Source: a virus. Taken from it: a DNA stretch of 64,000 nt. The position numbers and the translations under genes are program-made. This document shows, piece after piece, positions 46,597-53,524 of this stretch. How positions within the stretch are numbered: the stretch's first letter is position 1; the number at the start of each line of letters is the position of its first letter. The notes under the pieces are model-generated. The model was not told where the DNA came from. It saw nothing but the letters and a program-made list of their open reading frames with translations, and searched no databases. The stretch lies in IMG/VR virus record IMGVR_UViG_3300044620_001243. One strand, written 5' to 3'.

Positions 46597-46668
46597 GGTC
46601 GGTTCATCTAGAGGTTAGGATACAAGATTTTCATTCTTGTCACATGGGTTCGATTCCCATACCGACTA
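46597..46668 (+). tRNA. tRNA-Glu (UUC)
   Basis: GGTCGGT/ACCGACT acceptor, D arm ATCT-AGAGGTTA-GGAT, anticodon arm CAAGA-TTTTCAT-TCTTG, T arm ATGGG-TTCGATT-CCCAT, A73. Confidence 0.85.
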
Positions 46669-46843
46669 CCTTGGAGGTATAGGGGTAAACCCTTGAGGCG
46701 AAGTACAAGCCATAGTCACTGAACTTAAACTGACCTCCAACCAAATTAGAAGTGTCGCAATACGCGTTTCAATCTAATTGATAGACGTATCAATGAAGAT
46801 GTTCGAGGGTGAAAATCCCAAGCTTCTAATCCTCCATTCTTAG

Positions 46844-46938
46844 TGTTATGTGGTTAAAACACGTTAACTCTTACATCGCCTGATTAGCGCTAATCCGAAT
46901 GTAAGACGAGTAAGTTGGTTCGAATCCAACAGAATGGA
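46844..46938 (+). ncRNA. tRNA-like RNA of a second lineage with rod-like anticodon arm
   Basis: Acceptor CCATTCT/AGAATGG (7 bp), D arm GTGT-TATGTGGTTAAA-ACAC, T arm GTTGG-TTCGAAT-CCAAC, A73; 50-nt rod TTACAT/ATGTAA + palindrome GATTAGCGCTAATC. Confidence 0.55.
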
Positions 46939-47216
46939 CAATGAGTAAGAGATACTCAGAGTCTTTGGTCTAAGACTTAAACAATAGACTCGCAGAATGT
47001 CTACGGCGTGAGTGGGACATCATGGGAACAAAGAAGAGTCACACACCTTCTCCCAGTAGTGTTGACAGGTTTTTATGTGGTAAGACACTAATGAAAAAGA
47101 CTCGTTCTATGGGGTACTTATCTGGAGTATCAAACAAGTGTGAGTGATATGGTTCTCGAACAGACAGAGAAACCCGTTAAAATCTACCCGTCTGGAATCT
47201 CAGGATGGGGAAACAT

Positions 47217-47319
47217 AGTCAGGTGGCGGAGTGGGCTAACGCTAACTTGGAAGAGTCTGAGGAGTGGTAACCAAGTACCTATACTCTGATGACCGCAGGT
47301 TCGAATCCTGTCCTGACTA
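47217..47319 (+). ncRNA. tRNA-Leu-like shell RNA 8
   Basis: AGTCAGG-TG-GCGGAGTGGGCTAACGC ... GCAGG-TTCGAAT-CCTGT-CCTGACT-A; 52-nt insert with ACTTGG/CCAAGT stem; loop AGAGT complementary to downstream ACTCT. Confidence 0.6.
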
Positions 47320-47337
47320 CAAAAATAAATTAAAATT

Positions 47338-47598
47338 ATGTTTATAGAAAGATTTTTTAACCCCTATGTGTCATCTCACGAAAGGGTATTATATGAGAAT
47401 AAAGAAGCAATTGAACATTGTTTGAAATATCATACATGGATTAGACATTATTCATTTGAAGGTGATGAATATATCAAAAATGTTAATGGTAAATTAGTTT
47501 GGAATGATGGTAGTAAAGTTGATAAAAGAAAATTACCTAAAAAAGGAAAAGGATGGGGCAGATATTCAAGTGAACTTTATAATTTGTGTTCTTTTTAA
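47338..47598 (+). CDS. hypothetical protein (cassette between tRNA-like elements)
   Basis: 86 aa ORF starting 18 nt after element 47217-47319 and ending 7 nt before element 47606. Confidence 0.5.
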   Translation: MFIERFFNPYVSSHERVLYENKEAIEHCLKYHTWIRHYSFEGDEYIKNVNGKLVWNDGSKVDKRKLPKKGKGWGRYSSELYNLCSF

Positions 47599-47605
47599 AT
47601 TAAAT

Positions 47606-47751
47606 AGTCAGGTGGCGGAATTGGTTAGACGCTGTAAAAGTAAGATATGGGAATTGTGCACTCGGTAAACCTACGCACAAGGCTTAGATAGTTGTGCAAC
47701 AGCGGAAAGTCTTACAAAACTATCTTACAGGTTCGAATCCTGTCCTGACTG
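47606..47751 (+). ncRNA. tRNA-Leu-like shell RNA 9
   Basis: Consensus ends (G73); 94-nt insert with AAGATA/TATCTT and TTGTGC/GCACAA stems. Confidence 0.55.
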
Positions 47752-47764
47752 CAAAATTAAAGAT

Positions 47765-47908
47765 ATGTTTAGAACATTAAATTATATTTGGAAATTGTTT
47801 TGGAAAAGACCTAGTAGAAGAGTATTTTTTATATTTTTTAGAATGCTAAAAACGGAAATTAAGTGTTTAATGTTGACTGGATACTCAACAGATGAATTAC
47901 TAAATTAG
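47765..47908 (+). CDS. hypothetical small protein (cassette between tRNA-like elements)
   Basis: 47-codon ORF found by eye; its TAG stop overlaps the first 2 nt of element 47907. Confidence 0.3.
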   Translation: MFRTLNYIWKLFWKRPSRRVFFIFFRMLKTEIKCLMLTGYSTDELLN

Positions 47909-48033
47909 TCAGGTGGCGGAATTGGTAGACGCACGATTTATTGTTTAACGATGTGGCTCAATGTCCTAATGGATGAGAGAAAATAAACAGAGAAATATAC
48001 CACATACAGGTTCGAATCCTGTCCTGACTACCA
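47907..48033 (+). ncRNA. tRNA-Leu-like shell RNA 10
   Basis: Consensus ends with encoded CCA; 73-nt insert with crossing complementarities TTTATT/AATAAA and ATGTGG/CCACAT. Confidence 0.6.
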
Positions 48034-48085
48034 AGTTAACCCACTAAGACTAGAAACGGGTGACACCTCGGAAAGACGAGGACAT

Positions 48086-48170
48086 AGTCAGGTGGCGGAA
48101 TGGATAGACGCGGCCCTATCAGGGGTAGAGGCGAAAGAAACTCATACAGGTTCGAATCCTGTCCTGACTA
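48086..48170 (+). ncRNA. tRNA-Leu-like shell RNA 11 (tRNA-sized, non-canonical anticodon loop)
   Basis: 85 nt; best arm CCCTA-TCAGGGG-TAGAG has a C/A mismatch and C at position 33; looks like a damaged Leu(CAG) loop. Confidence 0.5.
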
Positions 48171-48278
48171 CACAGTGTTGGCTTCAAGGACCTATTAGGG
48201 AAGTACACTTAAATAAAACAAGAACGGGGAAAACACCGAATCTGCAGATAACGGCGAAGTACCAACGAAAGGTGAAAC

Positions 48279-48352
48279 GACCTCATAGCTTAATTGGTAA
48301 AGCACCTGGCTTTTAACCAGGGGAGTCCAGAGTTCGAGTCTCGGTGGGGTCA
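48279..48352 (+). tRNA. tRNA-Lys (UUU)
   Basis: GACCTCA/TGGGGTC acceptor, D arm GCTT-AATTGGTA-AAGC, anticodon arm CCTGG-CTTTTAA-CCAGG, T loop TTCGAGT, A73. Confidence 0.8.
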
Positions 48353-48517
48353 CAAAGGTTGATTGGGGAATGATGGTGACAAAGACTTGAGAGTTTATGC
48401 CGGTCGTTACCATCGGAGTTGGGAGGTATAAACCTAAGCAATGCCAATCGTAAAAGGAGTTGTCCACTCGACCATCTTCTCCTTTCCTTTTTTTTAAAAA
48501 AATTCTTAAAGACACAT

Positions 48518-48549
48518 TTTGGTTTTATCATTTTACTTTTGTATATTTT
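48518..48549 (+). promoter_or_regulatory. Bacteroidota-type promoter
   Basis: TTTG, 20 nt, TATATTTT. Confidence 0.4.
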
Positions 48550-48553
48550 ACAT

Positions 48554-48820
48554 ATGAAAAACATAATAAACATAAGAAAAGTTGTATCTCAACTAACTCA
48601 AGAATATCTCTTTTTTAAAGAGGCATTTGAATCAGACGTGGATTCTGAAACTATGGAAAACACCAAAACGATTATGGATGATTTTGAAGATTTCGTTGAT
48701 GCATATTTGGATGAAAACGATGTTGATGATACGATAACAGACGATGAGATTTTAGATGATTGGATTGAAAAAAATGAGAGGTCAATGTATAAAAAGTTGA
48801 ATCGAAACGATATCAATTAA
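48554..48820 (+). CDS. acidic protein
   Basis: 88 aa from ATG 48554 downstream of promoter 48518-48549; D/E-rich. Confidence 0.45.
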   Translation: MKNIINIRKVVSQLTQEYLFFKEAFESDVDSETMENTKTIMDDFEDFVDAYLDENDVDDTITDDEILDDWIEKNERSMYKKLNRNDIN

Positions 48821-48870
48821 TCAATGGAAAAGAAGTGACCAAGTTTACTTTAATAAAATTTTTGAATTTT

Positions 48871-48902
48871 TTTGGAATTCTCATTTCTTTTAGTTATATT
48901 TG
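48871..48902 (+). promoter_or_regulatory. Bacteroidota-type promoter
   Basis: TTTG, 20 nt, TATATTTG; about 100-nt leader to ATG 49002. Confidence 0.45.
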
Positions 48903-49001
48903 TATCATATTCGTTCTTTGAAATATTAAAAATGTAATTAATACCATTAACACTTATAAATACCCTTTCTATAACGATATAAATAATTTATAGATATTTA
49001 T

Positions 49002-50435
49002 ATGTGTGAATTTTTACCAAAAAGAATGGGTTATAAGTTAGAATTACTTAAAAGTGCGTTAAGTATTGATGGGGTTGAATCAATAGATAATGTGATAAAT
49101 TGGATTTTACTTCAAAATAAATCAACACATATTTCTGTAAATCGTGTTGATTTAATGTCACTTAAAAATTGGTTTTTTTCAAATGACATTCAAAACATAT
49201 ATCATAAAACTGGTAAATTTTTTTCTATTGATGGAATAACAGTTAAAACTAATTGGGGAACTATTAATGAATGGGACCAACCCATTATTAACCAACCTGA
49301 AATAGGGTTTTTAGGGTTTATCACACAAGAAATAAATGGGGTTTTACATTTCTTATTACAAGCTAAGATTGAACCAGGAAACGTAAATTATGTGCAATTA
49401 TCCCCAACTTTACAAGCCACACGTAGTAATTACACTCAAATTCATAGAGGAAATAAACCTTTTTTTCTTGAATATTTTTTAAATGTTAAATCAGAAAACA
49501 TTCTTTTTGACCAGTTACAATCTGAACAAGGTGCTCGTTTTTTGCGAAAACGAAACAGAAACATTATTATTAAAGTTGACGAACCAATAAAGCCACCTTC
49601 TAATTTTATGTGGTTAACTTTAGGTCAACTCAAACTATTAATGAAGATGTCTAATATCGTAAATATGGATACAAGAACAGTAATTTCTGGTATTTTATTT
49701 GACGGTCTTTCTCAATTTAATTATGAACAAATCATGAATGAAAAAGGAATAGTTCCTTCTGATTTGGGTGTTTCATTTTTTAAATCTGCAATTCTTAATG
49801 AAGGGTCTCTTCATAGTATTGAAGAGATAATTACATTTTTAACTAAACACAAAAGTTTTTTTGAAATTTTTATTGAACGAATACCACTTACTCATTTACG
49901 TAAATGGGAAGTCAAATCAGACGAGATTGTACGTCCTGATAATAAATATTTTAAAATTATTGGTGTAAATGTTGAAATTGATAATCGAGAAGTATCTAAT
50001 TGGGACCAACCGATGTTAATGCCATTGCAAGAAGGTATTTGTGCCATGATTGTTAAAAACATAAATGGTGTAATGCATTTTTTAATGTTAGCAAAATTAG
50101 AGTGTGGTAATCATGATATTATTGAATTTGCACCAACTATTCAACACACATCAACTGGCAATGATTTGTCATCTAATTGTCCACCATTTTTAAATTATGT
50201 GCTTGAATCCAATGAAAAACAAATAATTTACGACACTTATCAATCAGAAGAAGGTGGTAGATTTTATCGAGAACAAAATAGGTATCTAATTGTCCTCGCA
50301 GATGAAGATTTTAAAAACGAAGTGCCTGAAAATTATATTTGGATGACATTGTATCAAATTCAAGTTTTTTTAAAATTTAACAATTATATTAATATACAGG
50401 CACGTAGTCTTATCGCGGCTATTTCTTATTTATGA
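49002..50435 (+). CDS. NDP-hexose 2,3-dehydratase
   Basis: 477 aa with two internal repeats of the hexose-dehydratase domain (WDQP...G.L......G...FL.QAK.EPGN; second copy WDQPML...HFLMLAKLECGN; GGRF). Confidence 0.7.
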   Translation: MCEFLPKRMGYKLELLKSALSIDGVESIDNVINWILLQNKSTHISVNRVDLMSLKNWFFSNDIQNIYHKTGKFFSIDGITVKTNWGTINEWDQPIINQPEIGFLGFITQEINGVLHFLLQAKIEPGNVNYVQLSPTLQATRSNYTQIHRGNKPFFLEYFLNVKSENILFDQLQSEQGARFLRKRNRNIIIKVDEPIKPPSNFMWLTLGQLKLLMKMSNIVNMDTRTVISGILFDGLSQFNYEQIMNEKGIVPSDLGVSFFKSAILNEGSLHSIEEIITFLTKHKSFFEIFIERIPLTHLRKWEVKSDEIVRPDNKYFKIIGVNVEIDNREVSNWDQPMLMPLQEGICAMIVKNINGVMHFLMLAKLECGNHDIIEFAPTIQHTSTGNDLSSNCPPFLNYVLESNEKQIIYDTYQSEEGGRFYREQNRYLIVLADEDFKNEVPENYIWMTLYQIQVFLKFNNYINIQARSLIAAISYL

Positions 50436-51418
50436 AAAAACGTTTTGTTGTTGGTATCATGGGTTGTGCAAGTATTGCTGAGAGAATGATGATTCCGGCA
50501 ATACAAAATAGTTTGTATTTTGATTTAAAATTAATAGCGAGTAGGTCTCAATCAAAAGCAAAACAATTTGCTCAAAAGTTTAATATTGAGGCGGTAGTTG
50601 GTTATGAGAATTTATTAAACAATCCAAATATAGAAGTCATATATATGCCTCTCCCAACTGGTCTTCATTTAGAATGGGCAATAAAAACATTAAATGCGGG
50701 AAAACATTTACTTATAGAAAAATCATTAGCAAATAATTACGAAGAAACTAAAACGATAGTATCTTTAGCAAAAAAGAAAGGACTTCTTGTTATGGAAAAT
50801 TTTATGTTTCAGTATCACAGTCAGATGGGTGAATTAAGTAAATTATTAGATTCACATGTAATAGGTGATATTCGTTCTGTACATATTAGTTTTGGATTCC
50901 CACCATTCAAAGATTCCTCTAATATTCGTTACTCTCATGAGCTTGGGGGTGGGTCGTTACTTGATGCGGGGTCATATACATTGAAAATCGCTCAATTATT
51001 ACCTGTAGGTAAATTAAAAATTCAAGGAGCCAGTTTAGTTCAATCAAGAACCCATGGTGTTGATATTTCAGGAGAATGTTTTCTAACTACTAATCAAGGT
51101 ATAGGAATACACACTTCTTTTGGATTTCAACACTATTATCAGTGTAAATTAGAAATATGGGGTAGTCAAGGTAAAATCATCGCTCATCGTATTTTTACCG
51201 CTGGTCCGAATGTGATTCCTAAAATTGAAGTTGAAACAGAAAAAAAAACCATTCAAATATCTACTTCCGCAGATAATCACTTTATAAATCTATTGTCTCA
51301 TTTTGGAAATTGCTTACAACAAATGGATTTTATTGAGTCTGAATATCAATTACTTTTACAACAATCGTATTTATTGGAGGAATTAAGGTTAAAAGCCGAA
51401 ATTTTTTATCAAAATTGA
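50432..51418 (+). CDS. Gfo/Idh/MocA-family oxidoreductase (likely NDP-3-keto-deoxysugar reductase)
   Basis: N-terminal Rossmann fold GIMGCASIAERMMIPA, EKS motif (LIEKSLA); ATGA-coupled to the 2,3-dehydratase. Confidence 0.65.
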   Translation: MKKRFVVGIMGCASIAERMMIPAIQNSLYFDLKLIASRSQSKAKQFAQKFNIEAVVGYENLLNNPNIEVIYMPLPTGLHLEWAIKTLNAGKHLLIEKSLANNYEETKTIVSLAKKKGLLVMENFMFQYHSQMGELSKLLDSHVIGDIRSVHISFGFPPFKDSSNIRYSHELGGGSLLDAGSYTLKIAQLLPVGKLKIQGASLVQSRTHGVDISGECFLTTNQGIGIHTSFGFQHYYQCKLEIWGSQGKIIAHRIFTAGPNVIPKIEVETEKKTIQISTSADNHFINLLSHFGNCLQQMDFIESEYQLLLQQSYLLEELRLKAEIFYQN

Positions 51419-51469
51419 TAAAAAAAACACAAATACAATCTTAAAATTTACGTAAGATATTTATATCAT

Positions 51470-52702
51470 ATGAGAGAATTAATTAGAAAAATTTTATATG
51501 AGACGGTTGGTGTGCCTTCAGGTATCACCACAGTCGGAAAAAACATTTATAATAAATTAATGGAGTATTTGAGACAAAATCCGGATTTTGCTATAAATGG
51601 TCAAGAAATAAGATTTTACAATGAAGATGGACCCAACGGTCGTATATTTGACTTTGCAGATGTTGGACCAGAATATATCAATATATATATAAATTTAAGA
51701 GAAGTAGATAGTGATGAACTTAATAGATACGTTATGATAGGACTTGGTCTAAGAGAACATATCAAGTTTAACGTAGATACATTAAAAGTTGACATACCAC
51801 CAAGAAATTTCATTAGTTTAAATTTTAATATTGCATATCCGTCCAACGACACTCCAAAACCTGAAAGTGTTATTGATTTATTAAAAAAAGATACGGAAAC
51901 AGAAAAATATGATAATGGAATTGATATAATATCCTCAATCGTTCACGAAATTATGCATGATTACGATTCATTTAAAAAGAAAAGAGAGGGGGTAAGAGAA
52001 AGGACAAAATACTCAAACGCGGCGAATAAACGATTTGGTATTAAAGTTATTGATAAATTTATTTATAATACCTATTTTGTCACCAATATTGAATCGACTG
52101 TTAGACCAAGTGAGATTTTTTCTAAATTTGAATTAATGAATGTAACCCAAGAAACTTTTTTGGAAGAATTAAGAAAGACCAAAACATACGAGAAATTAAA
52201 AGAAATCGAAAGCTTTACGTATGATAAATTTATAGAAAGATTAAAAAATGAAGTTGATTTAGATAGCCCACCCAAGACAGATAATATGACCGAGGAAGAA
52301 AAAGTTAAATTATTTTTAAAGAGAGTATATGTTGCATTTCACCAAAGTTTTGTTGATTTGTTGCCAAGATTTTTAGGAATGGAAACTTTCACATCAATTT
52401 TAGATAGTGATGACACCAAAGAGAAGAAAAGAAATATGTACGATAAACTTTCCAATGAAGTTGTTAGAAACGTTGATAACCCAATAGATTATTTTCAAAA
52501 GACAATAAAAAGAAATTCATTTCTTGCTCAAAACGCAATAAAAAGGATTTCAAAAATTTATTCACTATTACCATCATCAAAAAATCAAAATAATTCAATA
52601 AATCCAAATATTGCATTAAAAGAATATGATTATTTTCCAGAAAAAAGGGTAAAGTTGGGTGGAGTAAAAATTAAACGTCTTAATTTTAAAAAAGATAACT
52701 GA
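51470..52702 (+). CDS. hypothetical protein with HExxH motif
   Basis: 410 aa; VHEIMHDYD. Confidence 0.5.
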   Translation: MRELIRKILYETVGVPSGITTVGKNIYNKLMEYLRQNPDFAINGQEIRFYNEDGPNGRIFDFADVGPEYINIYINLREVDSDELNRYVMIGLGLREHIKFNVDTLKVDIPPRNFISLNFNIAYPSNDTPKPESVIDLLKKDTETEKYDNGIDIISSIVHEIMHDYDSFKKKREGVRERTKYSNAANKRFGIKVIDKFIYNTYFVTNIESTVRPSEIFSKFELMNVTQETFLEELRKTKTYEKLKEIESFTYDKFIERLKNEVDLDSPPKTDNMTEEEKVKLFLKRVYVAFHQSFVDLLPRFLGMETFTSILDSDDTKEKKRNMYDKLSNEVVRNVDNPIDYFQKTIKRNSFLAQNAIKRISKIYSLLPSSKNQNNSINPNIALKEYDYFPEKRVKLGGVKIKRLNFKKDN

Positions 52703-52746
52703 AATGGTTTTTTACACATCTTGTTAATTTTATATATTTATTATAT

Positions 52747-53517
52747 ATGAAAATAATAAGATTAGTTGAAGAAATTGTTATTGATAAATATAGGTTAAAA
52801 CTATTGACCGAAAACCTTGAGGTTTTTTTATCAAAAAATGTTGGAAATGAGGGTCAGGTAACACAAGAAGAGTACGATAAAATTGATAAAACATTTAGTA
52901 AATACGGCCAGGGTTACGTTCAATGGATGGTAAGGAGAATAAATGAAAAGAAAATAAAACTTGAAGATTTAATTCAATGGGATATCATTATTGATACTTA
53001 TATTAAACCAATATACAAAAATGAATGGGCTCAAAGTGGGGTTCCAAGGGATATCAATCAAATTAAAACGTTGGATGATATTGTAATGTTATCTAAAGCA
53101 TCCCAAGATGTTAGAAGTAAACATAGAGAATCTATGGGTATTACTTCCGATGTTGATGTTCTTGATACAAATAATTATCTAAGTCCGAAAGACATTCAGA
53201 GATTAAAAAATGTGGGAATTATTTTTCATGGCATTGTTGAGGGATATCAATTATTTCAAGTACCACCTTCCGCTGCAAATTTTAATGAGGACCAATGGAA
53301 AGTTTATAAAGGAATACTCGGCCAATGTGCGAACCGTGAAAGTGAAAAAGTTGCATTATGTACGGTGGCCACATTAGAACATTTTCATCATTACCTTAAT
53401 CTACATCCAGATTCCTCTTATTGGGTTTTGTTTAATTTGGGTGACCCGTTGTCCCCATATCAGTTTCATTATGAAAGTGGTCAATTTATGCATAAAAATA
53501 ATCTTACCATCTTATAA
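52747..53517 (+). CDS. hypothetical protein
   Basis: 256 aa ORF. Confidence 0.5.
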   Translation: MKIIRLVEEIVIDKYRLKLLTENLEVFLSKNVGNEGQVTQEEYDKIDKTFSKYGQGYVQWMVRRINEKKIKLEDLIQWDIIIDTYIKPIYKNEWAQSGVPRDINQIKTLDDIVMLSKASQDVRSKHRESMGITSDVDVLDTNNYLSPKDIQRLKNVGIIFHGIVEGYQLFQVPPSAANFNEDQWKVYKGILGQCANRESEKVALCTVATLEHFHHYLNLHPDSSYWVLFNLGDPLSPYQFHYESGQFMHKNNLTIL

Positions 53518-53524
53518 TTAGAAA

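Noticed and set aside
47286-47292. Hammerhead ribozyme core (CTGATGA) inside the shell element at 47217
   Set aside because: The heptamer is followed directly by the T arm. There is no GAAA after a stem II and no plausible stem I/III or cleavage triplet.
44792-48170. CRISPR-like array (conserved repeats separated by variable 'spacers')
   Set aside because: The conserved parts are the two halves of a tRNA (acceptor/D arm and T arm/acceptor) and pair with each other across the variable part. The variable segments range from 29 to 108 nt and are internally self-complementary. Unit spacing is irregular, and no cas genes are present in the window.
44792-48170. Intron-containing tRNA genes (group I or bulge-helix-bulge introns)
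   Set aside because: The inserts are far too short for group I introns. I could not reconstruct a 5-bp stem with a U33/R37 loop from any exon junction. No 3-4-3 bulge-helix-bulge motif was seen, and the inferred host is bacterial. Not fully excluded without software.
48353-48517. Terminator after tRNA-Lys at the end of the RNA array
   Set aside because: A T run (48488-48495) is present, but the preceding GGAG/CTCC pairing encloses a 19-nt loop and is weak. I could not support a confident intrinsic terminator.
41434-48573. Track ORFs inside the RNA region (41434-41634-, 41576-41773-, 44987-45187-, 45676-45897-, 46200-46382-, 46396-46611+, 48092-48316+, 48195-48515-, 48313-48573-)
   Set aside because: They read straight through tRNA or tRNA-like genes. 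Examples are the recurring peptide RF.SCPDY, which is the translated T arm, and the GTG start at 48092, which lies inside a D arm. Most use non-ATG starts and have no promoter or coupling context.
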